64,000 bases of DNA from a phage. Below the pieces are notes generated by a model that was not told the DNA's origin, did no database searches, and saw nothing but the letters and a program-made list of their open reading frames with translations. The translations under genes and the position numbers were made by a program. This document shows, one piece after another, positions 35,569 through 46,933 of the stretch. How positions within the stretch are numbered: position 1 is the first letter of the stretch; each line of letters opens with the position of its first letter. The stretch is from the sequence record PV805630.1, one strand, 5' to 3'.

Positions 35569-38500
35569 TTAGTTTACTAAGTTCATCCAAGGGTTCAGGT
35601 TGTGAGCACGAAGCCCCTGACCAAAGCCCCATGAGTAATCCAGACTGCCCTTAGCAGCAATACTAAAGATGTTGTCCTGAATAGGCAGGCCAACATTACC
35701 AAACATGGTAGGAGTTGGAGCCAGCATAGCCATTGCTGCATGTACCGGGTTATTACGAATCATGGACACTGCAACTTTTGCAGAACGAATCTTAAAGTTG
35801 TAGAACCACATTAAACCAACACTCTCCATATACCCACGGAAACGGCCCGGCAGACGGTCATAGTTAATGAACTCTTCGGTTACACGTCCCAGTGCTTCTT
35901 CACGAGTCTTACCTTTACGCTGGGTCAATTCATCATAGATGATTGCTTTAGCGATAAAGTCAGAGTACTCAACCGTCTTCTGGATACCCTGGAACAGAGC
36001 AGTATCCTTAGTGATAAGTGCATAACGACCAGCAGCACGTACAGACTTAGGTAACTTATCCGCCAGCTTTTCCATGTATTCGTGAAGTTTACCTTCAGTA
36101 ATCAGGATGTCATCACGACCAATACCAGCATCTGCAATTGAAGAGAACTCACCAGCTTCTATCAGAGGCCAGATACTCATACGCTTATGGCTATCAGTAA
36201 TGGACTGAATCTCAGCCTTAAGTTTACGAATCTGGTTCGGGTTAGTAGCTGCACGTAATTCTGCTTCTGCATCTACCTGACGTAAACGAGATTTAAGGTA
36301 TTGGTTAATCTCAGCAGTCTTCCGTGGAATGCTCTTAGCAATGTTCTTAACCGGTACACCACGAGCAACCATCTGGTAAAGGTTAGCCAAAAAGTTAACA
36401 ACAGGTACGACTACTGACTTAACTACAATCAGAGTCTTAGCATCTTTAACTAAATTTTGAACCAGGTTCTCACCACCCATTAAGTACTTATAGGCACGGT
36501 TACCGGCTAAACCCAGAATAGCTTTTTTAAAAGTATTAAGCGTTTCCGGGGACCAACGAGAATTACCAGACCAAGCATCACCAATCGAAGCTGCACGATA
36601 GCCAAGTGCATCATTCAGCATGTCACGACGTACCCACAGTTCACCCTCACCAAACAGTTTTTCTGCTTTCCGTCGAGTTTCGCTGTTCATCAGCTTAAGT
36701 GCATCAGCAGTTACTGGGTCCAGTTTAGAACCAAAAAGGTTCACGTACTGGGACTTATTAGCAGCAGACATCTTAAGGTCTTCCTTGTACATGCTATACA
36801 GGTTCTCAATCAGCATATCGTTGAAACGCTGAGCCTTAGCTTCTTCCACCTGACGTCCACGCCATACACCAATTGCACGGGCAAGATGATTTTCACCTTC
36901 AATATGCTTCAGCATATTAGGGTTAATTGATTGCTCATAAGCAACCACATCACCTTTAGCATTATATATGGGCAATAGTGGTTCATTACCACGCTCACCA
37001 CGAGCTAGTGCTTTAGTGATACGGTCTACAGAAGGCTTGTCAGTAATACGACCGGCTACCATGGAACCCATCGTAAAGCCTGTGCCGAGGTCTACACCAC
37101 CAGCAGTATTACGAACGCTCTGTAGGATACCTTGTGAGAATGGAGCCTGTGCCTGTACCGGTGCAAAGTAGTAGCTACTCGATGGACCTCGGTTAGCAGA
37201 GCTACCTTGATAAGTACCCAGACGAACATAGGACTTCTCTATCAAATCGCCAAACTCGCTATCTTCAGCAACAACCAGACTAACACCCTGTTTAGTCTCA
37301 CTAGGGATATACCCTTTGTACTGGTTCAGGGTTGCACGCATATTAGATTTGGCTTTAGCCATTTCATCTTTACGCTGCCCAACCAGGTAAGAAGTAGCAA
37401 AGTCCATTCCCTCAACTTCTGTCTGAGCCAGTGAAGATAACATCTCACGGTCGGACTTGTTCATTGCTTCCAGTGCATACAGGGTAATAAGTTTATCCAG
37501 TTGAGCTACATCTACAATAGGGCGAGTAGTCTTACGTTCACCCAGCATACGAGAGATTGCAGTAGCATTACGCAGCAAGTTTTTACCGACTGTGCCATTA
37601 ATCATGTACTGAGCCAGTTGCTTAGATTTACGGTTAATCAGAGGCCAGTTACGACCAGCTTGTTTCTGCAAATCTGCTTCCAGCTTATTCACTTCACGGT
37701 CAACAATCTTCTGGTCTGACAGCAGGTCACGAATTTCAGCCAGAGACATGGTGTCACGCAGGACAGCTAAGTCAGTTTTACCCATACCAGTGTGCATTGC
37801 TTTCCACTCATCCTTAGTCAGCTTACGGCTGAACTTAGATGCGATAGTGGTAGGCAGGTGTTCACGGAACTGCTGACGGTCAGCCTGCACCTGTGCACGG
37901 ACTGCTTTAATCAAATCGTATACAGAAGCATTACTCTTAGTACGACCGGTTAAGTCATTAACCAGGTCATGGAAAGGTTGCCATACTTTACCCTGGTTCA
38001 TTGCAACCATAACGCCTTCAGCTACGTTTGCACCATTCTTCTCTGTAGCAATAGCAGCCATTAGTTGTGCAGCATGAGCAGCACCTTTGACCAATGGGTT
38101 TTTGGTATTAGCTGCAACTTCACGAGCACTTTCTAAAACACGAGTAGACAGTACATCAATAGAGTCCACCAAATACTGGTTAGCACGGTCAATAGCATTA
38201 CCACTAGGAGTAGCAACGGAATCATAGAATGACTGTGCATTTAGGCTAGTCTGCATGATTGTTTGAGCCAGTGCATCCATACCTTCCTGTACGTTAGTAG
38301 CTTTAGTATCACCTGCTACACGAGCATTCAGGCTTGCCATTGCAGCAGTACCAATGTTAGTCAGCATTGCATCAACGGTATTCCCAGATTTCTTATCTGC
38401 TTTCATAACAGGAATGTTAGCCAGTACGTTACGTACCTCTTCACTTACCATTGCCAGACCAACAAAGGTAGGCAGTATTGAAGAACGGCCCTGTGCATCA

Positions 38501-41500
38501 AACTCAATATTGTTAGCACCCATGATGGTATCGAACTTCTGCTGTGCATAGTAACGGTCAGCAGGGTTAGTACTATCTGGGTCAGTCATGAATGATTCAA
38601 CAGTCAGGTTCTTAGTAACGTGTGCATAGTATTCCTGTGCACGAGAAAGAGCAGCAGGGCTAATAGCAGCTTCAGTAGCCAGTGCAGCAACAATGTTAGT
38701 AAAGAGTCGCTGTTCCTGCATATTCATAGTGAAGCCATGAGCCTGAACATCACGGGTTACTTTAGTTGCGTGCTTTTTCGCATCAGAGAACTTACCTTCA
38801 CGGATTACTTGCTGTACTGGTTCTGAACCAATGTAGTTAGTAATCAGCTTATCAAAGGTCTGTCCTAACTCTTCCAGACGGGTATTGTCACCATATGCTT
38901 TGTTATGGAACAAGGTAGTATCTTTGGCTACAGCAGCCGTAGGAGCCTGTCCACGCATAACAACTGAAGAGTTAAACAGTAAGCCAGAGAACATATCATC
39001 TGCATTAGCAGGTGCTTTCTTGCGACCGAATACTAGACGCTTGATTGCTTCATATACAGACTGAACCATGGCTTTCAGTGCAGTGGTCTTCTTCTGCTTA
39101 CCAATCAGTTCACGGTTGGTTAAGCCCCAAGCCATGTACTCATTCAGTGCAGCAGCTTTAGCCATTGCAGGTTCAATGAAGCCGTTAGACAAATGACCAT
39201 TAATGGTATTAAGTGCATCAGCATATGCTTCACGTACTGCCGGGGATTCATCCTTAACATCCAGAGTAAGGAACTGGTTCATCAAGTCTTCAATATTCTG
39301 GACTGCTTCATTAGGAGTACCCTCATAGTGAGCCAGTACAGATTCAAAGGTAGAAGCATGTACTAATTCATGAACCAGAGTCTCTAAGGAAGGGGTAACT
39401 AAGTAGATGGTTTTATCATCAAAGTTAGTCCAACCGTATGCATTACCAGCTTCGGCAGCTTCAATATCTTCTGGTGCTGGGCGAGTAATGTTCTTCTCAA
39501 TAGCATAAGCATCCAATTGAGCAGGAGTACCGTAAACAACCTTGTAGTCTTTAGCAGCAAGGGATTTCTGTATTTCTTTCAATACTGCTTGCTGTTCTGG
39601 AGACATCTCTTTAGCCAGTTTAGTAATGGCAGTATTAGACAATAGACGTACACCAGACTTAAGTACACGGCCAACCTGCTCCATCGCTGGCACTTCTTTA
39701 ACAGGTGCTTCTTTAGTAGGCACTTCTTTCACTGGTTCTGCTTTAGAAGCACGCACTGCATCACGACGCCTGTTTAATTCAGCATCAAACAGTTCGTTCA
39801 ACTTAGCTACTTGCTGGTCTACAGTCAGACCTTCCAGAGAAATTTTACCGTTGTTCACATATGGAGCACCTACAGCAGCCATCTGGTCAACAGTGGTCTG
39901 TACCTGGTTCATTACTTTGTGGCGAATATCTACACCCAGGGCAATGTTACGCAAGTTACGCTCAATGAGGTTAACACCGGAATTCTTAATCATATCAATC
40001 TTATACTGCCTGTCTCCCTCAACACGACTGATATGAGAAAGCTGTTCAAAATCTAAAGCGGAACGAGCAATGTCATCGATTGTCTTATCCGATAACTTAT
40101 CAAAGTCTACGTTCTTCATGAACTTAGAGAAGGAGTCATACACGTTCTTAATAGGGTTGCCCTGCCAAGAAGTATATACAGCCTCATTAGCTTTACGGCT
40201 TGCATCAGTAATGTCACTGATACCAATGTTCATACCATCAAAGATTTTCAAAGTATTCTTCGGTGCACCTTTCATAGTAGAAAGGGTCTGCATCATCATG
40301 CCATCACCAGTACCGATGGTCATAAACGGAATACCTGCAACACCTGCTTGTGAAGGAGCATAGATGCTCATTGGCACACGCATACGGTCATCTAAGTTGG
40401 TAGCCAGTACTTGGTTAGCAACATCAGTATTCTCACTACCAGCAATGTAGAAAGTCTGTAAACCAGTCTCAATCATTGGAGCCAGTGGAGACAAGGATTT
40501 CTGAATTTCATTCAGTTCTTTCTGTGTTAAGAAATCACCCTTCTTCCAGGTTGGGTCTTTTTCTTTTTCAGCCAGTTTAGCCTGTACTGCTTGCTGGAAC
40601 ATATCTTGCAATACCAGAGACTGAATCTGAGTAGCCTTCTGCAAGTTCTCAGTGGATTGCATCAGCCCCTCCCCAACGGTGAACCGGATACTTTGTCTCA
40701 TTGGTTCAACGAAGAAGTGCAACATGTTCTCTTGTAAGTTCTTAAGGGCAGCACCAGATACGGTAAACTCCTGGGGATTTAACTCACCAGTCAGAGCACC
40801 ATCTACTTCTTTAATAAATAACTTACCTTTACGCTTAGCTGGAATCTTACCAGTCAGTGCTTCCATAGAAGTAAGGAAGGTATCCAGCATAGCCTGAGCA
40901 TCTGCCTCAGACGCAGCCTCCTTACCAAACATTGCCATAGCTGGGGAAATGCTAGGGTCAGCAGCACGTGCTTGTAGAACGTCACTGAGGCGTTCGTAGA
41001 TGGTGTCAGTAATTGCACTAACCATCTTCCCAGCAATACCACGTGCACCAGAACCATAGATGGTAATAGTCAGTGGGTTTTTAGCGATACCACGTTTCAG
41101 GTCCAGAGTGCCATCTTCATTCAGGTTAAAGTCTTTAATGAACAGGTCCATCAACTTCTGGAGATGGTTCATCTGGCTCATAACCGGAACATTGTTACGG
41201 TAAGTAGTACGTAACTCATTTAGATAAAATTGCAGACCATTAGTAGATGCTTCATACAGGTCAACATTATCGTCAATAGAACAATGTTCATTCATCGTTT
41301 TACCAGCACGACCAAAGAACAAACCACCCTTGGCAGTATTCTTAATCCAATTTGGAGTGAACTTACCTCCAGTCATTAATACCATTGCATTGATTGGGCC
41401 GTTGGTTACACCATCAGCTTCGACATACAGTGGGGTATTAAAGTTAGCACGGTCATCACTGTTCAGGTAACGGGCATATTCCATCAGAGCCATGAGAGCC

Positions 41501-44500
41501 ACGAAGGATTTGTTATCACCCAGGGAAGACTTCAGAATATCTACTGCATCAGTAGGTAAGTAACCAGACTTATCAAACTCGACCATCATATCAACAGCAG
41601 GTTTCAGATTACCTTCTAGAGCTTTGGTCAGATTTTCAGACATAGCTTCACGGGACATTTTGTGTACCTTGATGCCTAATGCCTGGGCCAGTCCTAGCTG
41701 GAAGTCAGAGAACGCTTGGCTGTTTTCATTACTCAAGTCAATAGTGGAGAAGGTTGGCAGAATTGCTTCACGAACCAGCTTACTGGATTGTGGATTGTTC
41801 TTACCAAGCATCTGCATACGACCTACACGGGTCATGTTGTAACCGTAATGGATAGGTGTATCCAGACCATTCTCTTGTTCTTTTAGCTGATTAATTAAAC
41901 CGAACAAGGAATCATATGCCATAGATACCGATAAGTTCTTACCTTCCAGAGATTTGGCAGTGTTTTCATTCAGCAAATCAGGATTAAGAGAACCAGCACC
42001 CATCAGTTCCAGAATGCCGTCACGCCCCAATGCTTCATAGAAGTTAACCATCGGCATGTGTACACGGAACTCCGTAGCCTGTTCAGCTTTCAGAGCAGCT
42101 TTCTGTTCTGGGGTATTCCTAACCGCAGGGTTACGTAACTGAGTTTGAGCCACGGAAGGAATGTCGTCACCGAAGTACGTTTTCTCTTCCGGGTTTACCA
42201 AAACAGCTTCTTCAATTGCTGTAAGGAAATTATTAATAGGGTCTTTATCAGCCAACTTATTAATAGTGTACAAACCAATAGTCTTATTAGAGTCCGGGTC
42301 AATCTCAGACACATCCAACATAGACTCAGTAACTGCACCCATCTCGATGAGGGAAGACAGAATCTCTGTAGCCATTGCCACTGGAATACCCTTGGTATAA
42401 CCCAGTGGTGCATTAGGGTTACGGTTTAAACCCCAGTAGGATTCAATCTTTTGAGCCAGTGAGTTAGTAGCCTCAATCAGAGTCTGGGCATTATCAAACT
42501 CAGCCAGAATACTTTCTGGTAACAGAGATGCATCTACACCAGTAATAGCAGCCACGTCTTTCATGTCTTTAATGGCAGCATTCTGTGTAGCAGTCAGTCG
42601 CCATTGCAGACCAGCAAGTACAGCAGTCTCTAACAACTGGTCATTGAACTTAAAGGTATCTCCATCTTTCTCTACGATGTTAAGTAACTTACCACCTACC
42701 CAACGGTTAGCCTCAGTACCTTCTGCAAAACGTTTACCAACATTTTTATTAGCAAGGAACTTAGCCAGTCGTTCAGACAGAGTAGCCTTCAGAGTTTCCC
42801 CAAAGTCCATCAAGTCTTGATAGCGTTCTAACACATCACCTGCGAGAACGTTATTTTCTTTTTGAGTGAACGCTTCAAAGCGAGCAGCAGAAGACAGTGC
42901 TTGCTTGATATCAGCCAAAGGAGATTCAGAACCAATGGTACGGGACTTAGGTTCTTCCGGTAGGGTAAATGCCTTCAGGAACTGGTTCGGTGTCTTCTCA
43001 TTGTTATAGACAGGGAACACTGCTTCCATTCCAGAAAGGGGTTTGCCACCCACTGTATAATCTGCTTTCAGCTGAGCCAGTGATACTTCATCCTTCTCCA
43101 CGTTGTTAGTGTTACGACCAGAGGTATCTACACCAACCAGAATCTGTGCATTATTGGCTTCAACGAAAGACTGAACAGTATTGAATTGTTCAGCAGTCAG
43201 CTTCTGATTATCAAACAGTTGCAGAGATACAAATGGTTGTTCACTACCTTTATAGAAGGTAGAGCGAATAGCACCTGTATCCAGGGACATATCACGATAC
43301 CCATCATGCCCAAATACGTCGGACAGGCTGATATGGTCGCCATTAGAACCAACCACAGTACCATCAGCAAACAGCCATGGACTCTCCCTACGATCACCAT
43401 ACTTATTAAGAGTTTCCTGTGAAATAGTATTTTCTTTCACATAGGCATCTCTTTCAGATTCAGTAGGTTGCTCGATGGTATCCTCATTAGTGGGGGTAGC
43501 ATCATCTACAACCGGGCTAGTCTTTTCAGACTTAGGTACTTTCTCTTCCTGTACAGGTGTAACTTCTGGCTGGGAGAATGTATTACGTACATAGTTCATA
43601 AAATCATTACGTGCTTGAGAAGGAGAAGACCATACTTCCCGTGTGCTACGTAAACTAAAGATTCGTCCTTCAGGAGTCATTACGTAAGGTACATTTGTTT
43701 TACCGTACTTAAATGAAGTGAGTACATCTGACTTACCAGTAACAGTGCTTTCCCCTGGAATGACAATAGTCTTACCACCAGTAGAAGGAACAGCACGAAC
43801 ACCCTCAATATCCTTACCAAGAGAAATATACTCTTTACCGTTGTAATCAAAGTACTGACCTATCTGCATATAGGTAGCTTGTTGCTTACCAGTAAACTCA
43901 GCAGTTTTCATCTCCGGGCCGTTAGGTACAGACGTACTTTCAGACTTAGGCTTAGATACTTTCTCTGGTTCTGACTTAGACTCTACAGTGTTAGGAGCAG
44001 TTTTATTGTTTACCACTGGTTTAGCTTTAGACTGTACAGTAGTAGTGTCCTCTTGCACTGGTGCAGGGGTTTCATCAACCTGATTCACTGGTTCATTAGT
44101 CTGTTGGGACTGAGTGGCATTAAGACCACCTTGACGGAACTCTTTAACTACCTGGGCAGCTGGCTTGTTCAGACGTGAATCCAACGAGGTAACTTTCACA
44201 TGAGAAACATTAAGCTCCGGGTAAGCCGTAGCAAGTGCGTTAGCAATATCAGCTACGGTCTTAGCTTCCAGCGCTACTTGCTGGGCAAACTTAACAGACT
44301 TGGTATCATAAGGATTAACACCGAGGCCAGTACGACTACGTACCCATTCACGAGTAGGCGTGAGAGCCTGATAATGAACAGACTTATTCTTATCCGCATT
44401 CCCCGAAATCAGATGCTCATTCAACGCTCCGACCTTATTCTGCATGTGCTGGGCGAACTTCATAAAATCGCTCAGATAAGCGGAGGCCAAATCGAAGTTA

Positions 44501-46848
44501 CCAGAGTTATACGCAGAACGAATGCGTTTCGCATGTTGCAACGCAGAGTACTGTCCTTCATTAGAACGAGACTCGTCGGTTTTAATCTGTTTACTAACGA
44601 TGTCTTGACGACGTAAGCCCAGTTCTTCTGCTTTAGCATCATACTCACGTGCACCCTGTAACAGAGCAGCAGCTGATTGCAGGGCAGCACGTTGACGATT
44701 ATTCAGTGTAATCTTACCCTCACTCGCATGCTTCAGAACCATGTTCACTGAATCTGCATCCAGTACTTCTGGAGACACATCAGCAGCCATAGCAATGTTG
44801 TTTGCTTGGGCTTGGTTAGCTTCTTCAGTAGCTTTCAGCTTACCTGCTTCAGCCTGTTCCTGAATCATAGAATGGATGGCACGGAATGCACGAAGTACTT
44901 TAGGGGTATTCTGTATGTTAGCCATCAGACCGGAGAACTGGTCTACGATTGCAGCAGCAGGAGAACCCTGTTCCAGATTAGCCAGAGCACCTGGGTCACG
45001 GTTAATGAAGCTATCCATAGACATGATGTTGTCATACATCTGGATTGCAGCTTCCATTTGAACGTCAGGGTCTTCAGCAGTATTAACCAGGTCAGCCATC
45101 TTCTGAATAGCTTCTACACGGTTAGTGGAACCAGAAACAGCTTCACGGATTACTGGGTTGGCTTGTTCCAATTCTACCGGGTCAAACTTCATTGCCTGGG
45201 TTAAGTCAGCAGCATACTGAGTAGCAGCAGCCTTCTCTTCTGGAGTGATGTCCATTGCATCTACTGCTTCCTGTACGGTTGCCTGTGCTTGCTCTGCCTG
45301 AGCAACAGCTTCCTGTGCAGCAGCATTAACCGTAGCATCAGCTACAGGGGATGCTTGTTCATTACGCTTAGCAACTTCTTCACCACGTTGAACCAGGATG
45401 TTAGTAAGAGGGGAGGCAGCTTTTGCTAATGTTTTACCAACCAGAGAAGCACCAGCCAGGGTAGTACGAAGAGCAGGTCCAGCAGCAGCACCGGCAGCTT
45501 TAACAGTTGCACCAGGAGCCTGAGCAACACCAGCACTACCGAAGCCATAAAGTGCACCAAGACCTGCTTGCTCACCGACACCTTTGAGGGTATCTCGGGA
45601 TGCATCAACATTTTCCTTGATTGCACGGTTCTGGGCATACTGACCAAAGCCTGACTGAATACCTTCTTCAACTGTTTCACGTAGCATATTGGAACCAGCA
45701 CCAGCCAGTGAACCTACCTTAAGTGGGTTAAGTTCAAAGCGAGATACCAGTGGACCGGTAGCAGCAGCAACTGGAGCAGTTAAGCCAGCAGCAAGGATAC
45801 CTGTTTCAGATGCAGTCTGACGACGTGCTTCATCAGGAGATAAACCATCGGCAATATGTTGTTGGTAAACAGGAGACTTACTTGCCAGTTCTGGATGGGA
45901 CATCTTCATGATTTCAGAAGCAGTCTGTTGGTATGCACCACCAGCTTCCATAGCACCGATTGCAATAGCAGGTGCAGCAACACGACCAGTAGACAGTGCA
46001 ACCTGTGCAGGACGTGAACCTAACCCAGCAGCTAAGGTAATACCCTTAACAGCTTTATCACCACCTACCATTACTTTACCGAGTGCAGATACACCACGGA
46101 TAAGTGGACCACCGGTAAAGAGGGAACCAACGCCTTCACTCAGTCCATCTGAGGCAGCCATACCATTATCAAGTGTGTTAGTAACAGAGTCGAAAGCATC
46201 ACGACCAATGCGAGACAGGGAGGCAACCAAATCGCTCTCCCCGTTTTTGATGTCCTGTTCATAGAGTTTCTGGTTCTTTTGAGCAGAAATCTGGTTCTGA
46301 TTCTGAACAACTTTACGTGTAGCATTCAGTGCATCAGATTGTAGATTGTGTACGCCTTCATTCAACCAATCCATCCCGGAAGCAATGGTTGCCCCGGCAT
46401 TATCATTGACCAGACCTGCGCCAAGAGCAGCAATGCCCCCAAGGGTATTAGCAACACCAAGACCAACACCAGAAAGAGTATCGCCAAATGCTTCTGCGTT
46501 AGTACGCTGTTTAGATAAGTCCTGACGTACAGCATCCGCAGCATTAGCTCGACTATTAAGAATTTGTAGACCTTGCTCATTACCGTATTTATTAATGATT
46601 TCTAATGGGGAGGCTTGAGTGAAGTCTGCCTGAAGTGAACCTGGTTCGAATGCACCGATTCCAAGATTACCTACTCGTCCAGTCTGGAGAGTGTAAGCAT
46701 TCTCTGGGGTTAATTGGAAAGGGCTTTGCCCTTGTGCAGCTTGCTTCTGAGAGGTTGCAGTAGAGACATCGACTTGCTTAGCATTAGTGATGCTGTCTGC
46801 GAAACCTGCCAGACGGTCAAATGTTGACATAGCATGTTTCCTGTTCAA
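35569..46848 (-). CDS. Virion-encapsidated giant RNA polymerase (N4 vRNAP / gp50-like, 3759 aa)
   Basis: Single 11.3-kb ORF, hallmark of N4-like phages; internal T7-RNAP-like motif B RGIAKNPLTITIYGSG. Confidence 0.9.
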   Translation of the reverse strand: MNRKHAMSTFDRLAGFADSITNAKQVDVSTATSQKQAAQGQSPFQLTPENAYTLQTGRVGNLGIGAFEPGSLQADFTQASPLEIINKYGNEQGLQILNSRANAADAVRQDLSKQRTNAEAFGDTLSGVGLGVANTLGGIAALGAGLVNDNAGATIASGMDWLNEGVHNLQSDALNATRKVVQNQNQISAQKNQKLYEQDIKNGESDLVASLSRIGRDAFDSVTNTLDNGMAASDGLSEGVGSLFTGGPLIRGVSALGKVMVGGDKAVKGITLAAGLGSRPAQVALSTGRVAAPAIAIGAMEAGGAYQQTASEIMKMSHPELASKSPVYQQHIADGLSPDEARRQTASETGILAAGLTAPVAAATGPLVSRFELNPLKVGSLAGAGSNMLRETVEEGIQSGFGQYAQNRAIKENVDASRDTLKGVGEQAGLGALYGFGSAGVAQAPGATVKAAGAAAGPALRTTLAGASLVGKTLAKAASPLTNILVQRGEEVAKRNEQASPVADATVNAAAQEAVAQAEQAQATVQEAVDAMDITPEEKAAATQYAADLTQAMKFDPVELEQANPVIREAVSGSTNRVEAIQKMADLVNTAEDPDVQMEAAIQMYDNIMSMDSFINRDPGALANLEQGSPAAAIVDQFSGLMANIQNTPKVLRAFRAIHSMIQEQAEAGKLKATEEANQAQANNIAMAADVSPEVLDADSVNMVLKHASEGKITLNNRQRAALQSAAALLQGAREYDAKAEELGLRRQDIVSKQIKTDESRSNEGQYSALQHAKRIRSAYNSGNFDLASAYLSDFMKFAQHMQNKVGALNEHLISGNADKNKSVHYQALTPTREWVRSRTGLGVNPYDTKSVKFAQQVALEAKTVADIANALATAYPELNVSHVKVTSLDSRLNKPAAQVVKEFRQGGLNATQSQQTNEPVNQVDETPAPVQEDTTTVQSKAKPVVNNKTAPNTVESKSEPEKVSKPKSESTSVPNGPEMKTAEFTGKQQATYMQIGQYFDYNGKEYISLGKDIEGVRAVPSTGGKTIVIPGESTVTGKSDVLTSFKYGKTNVPYVMTPEGRIFSLRSTREVWSSPSQARNDFMNYVRNTFSQPEVTPVQEEKVPKSEKTSPVVDDATPTNEDTIEQPTESERDAYVKENTISQETLNKYGDRRESPWLFADGTVVGSNGDHISLSDVFGHDGYRDMSLDTGAIRSTFYKGSEQPFVSLQLFDNQKLTAEQFNTVQSFVEANNAQILVGVDTSGRNTNNVEKDEVSLAQLKADYTVGGKPLSGMEAVFPVYNNEKTPNQFLKAFTLPEEPKSRTIGSESPLADIKQALSSAARFEAFTQKENNVLAGDVLERYQDLMDFGETLKATLSERLAKFLANKNVGKRFAEGTEANRWVGGKLLNIVEKDGDTFKFNDQLLETAVLAGLQWRLTATQNAAIKDMKDVAAITGVDASLLPESILAEFDNAQTLIEATNSLAQKIESYWGLNRNPNAPLGYTKGIPVAMATEILSSLIEMGAVTESMLDVSEIDPDSNKTIGLYTINKLADKDPINNFLTAIEEAVLVNPEEKTYFGDDIPSVAQTQLRNPAVRNTPEQKAALKAEQATEFRVHMPMVNFYEALGRDGILELMGAGSLNPDLLNENTAKSLEGKNLSVSMAYDSLFGLINQLKEQENGLDTPIHYGYNMTRVGRMQMLGKNNPQSSKLVREAILPTFSTIDLSNENSQAFSDFQLGLAQALGIKVHKMSREAMSENLTKALEGNLKPAVDMMVEFDKSGYLPTDAVDILKSSLGDNKSFVALMALMEYARYLNSDDRANFNTPLYVEADGVTNGPINAMVLMTGGKFTPNWIKNTAKGGLFFGRAGKTMNEHCSIDDNVDLYEASTNGLQFYLNELRTTYRNNVPVMSQMNHLQKLMDLFIKDFNLNEDGTLDLKRGIAKNPLTITIYGSGARGIAGKMVSAITDTIYERLSDVLQARAADPSISPAMAMFGKEAASEADAQAMLDTFLTSMEALTGKIPAKRKGKLFIKEVDGALTGELNPQEFTVSGAALKNLQENMLHFFVEPMRQSIRFTVGEGLMQSTENLQKATQIQSLVLQDMFQQAVQAKLAEKEKDPTWKKGDFLTQKELNEIQKSLSPLAPMIETGLQTFYIAGSENTDVANQVLATNLDDRMRVPMSIYAPSQAGVAGIPFMTIGTGDGMMMQTLSTMKGAPKNTLKIFDGMNIGISDITDASRKANEAVYTSWQGNPIKNVYDSFSKFMKNVDFDKLSDKTIDDIARSALDFEQLSHISRVEGDRQYKIDMIKNSGVNLIERNLRNIALGVDIRHKVMNQVQTTVDQMAAVGAPYVNNGKISLEGLTVDQQVAKLNELFDAELNRRRDAVRASKAEPVKEVPTKEAPVKEVPAMEQVGRVLKSGVRLLSNTAITKLAKEMSPEQQAVLKEIQKSLAAKDYKVVYGTPAQLDAYAIEKNITRPAPEDIEAAEAGNAYGWTNFDDKTIYLVTPSLETLVHELVHASTFESVLAHYEGTPNEAVQNIEDLMNQFLTLDVKDESPAVREAYADALNTINGHLSNGFIEPAMAKAAALNEYMAWGLTNRELIGKQKKTTALKAMVQSVYEAIKRLVFGRKKAPANADDMFSGLLFNSSVVMRGQAPTAAVAKDTTLFHNKAYGDNTRLEELGQTFDKLITNYIGSEPVQQVIREGKFSDAKKHATKVTRDVQAHGFTMNMQEQRLFTNIVAALATEAAISPAALSRAQEYYAHVTKNLTVESFMTDPDSTNPADRYYAQQKFDTIMGANNIEFDAQGRSSILPTFVGLAMVSEEVRNVLANIPVMKADKKSGNTVDAMLTNIGTAAMASLNARVAGDTKATNVQEGMDALAQTIMQTSLNAQSFYDSVATPSGNAIDRANQYLVDSIDVLSTRVLESAREVAANTKNPLVKGAAHAAQLMAAIATEKNGANVAEGVMVAMNQGKVWQPFHDLVNDLTGRTKSNASVYDLIKAVRAQVQADRQQFREHLPTTIASKFSRKLTKDEWKAMHTGMGKTDLAVLRDTMSLAEIRDLLSDQKIVDREVNKLEADLQKQAGRNWPLINRKSKQLAQYMINGTVGKNLLRNATAISRMLGERKTTRPIVDVAQLDKLITLYALEAMNKSDREMLSSLAQTEVEGMDFATSYLVGQRKDEMAKAKSNMRATLNQYKGYIPSETKQGVSLVVAEDSEFGDLIEKSYVRLGTYQGSSANRGPSSSYYFAPVQAQAPFSQGILQSVRNTAGGVDLGTGFTMGSMVAGRITDKPSVDRITKALARGERGNEPLLPIYNAKGDVVAYEQSINPNMLKHIEGENHLARAIGVWRGRQVEEAKAQRFNDMLIENLYSMYKEDLKMSAANKSQYVNLFGSKLDPVTADALKLMNSETRRKAEKLFGEGELWVRRDMLNDALGYRAASIGDAWSGNSRWSPETLNTFKKAILGLAGNRAYKYLMGGENLVQNLVKDAKTLIVVKSVVVPVVNFLANLYQMVARGVPVKNIAKSIPRKTAEINQYLKSRLRQVDAEAELRAATNPNQIRKLKAEIQSITDSHKRMSIWPLIEAGEFSSIADAGIGRDDILITEGKLHEYMEKLADKLPKSVRAAGRYALITKDTALFQGIQKTVEYSDFIAKAIIYDELTQRKGKTREEALGRVTEEFINYDRLPGRFRGYMESVGLMWFYNFKIRSAKVAVSMIRNNPVHAAMAMLAPTPTMFGNVGLPIQDNIFSIAAKGSLDYSWGFGQGLRAHNLNPWMNLVN

Positions 46849-46892
46849 ACTTATATCGTATATAGGTAACCTACTCTACAGTAAGCCAGTGT

Positions 46893-46918
46893 AAGAAAAA
46901 AGCCCCGTAGGGCTTTTA
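46893..46918 (-). terminator. Intrinsic terminator upstream of the virion RNAP gene
   Basis: AGCCC-CGTA-GGGCT with A6 and T4 flanks; T-run on minus strand. Confidence 0.5.
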
Positions 46919-46933
46919 TTAGTATGAAGTATT

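Noticed and set aside
36620-46580. Numerous 60-140 aa ORFs on both strands inside the virion RNAP gene
   Set aside because: All lie within the continuous 11.3-kb reading frame; compositions are low-complexity and they lack start contexts.
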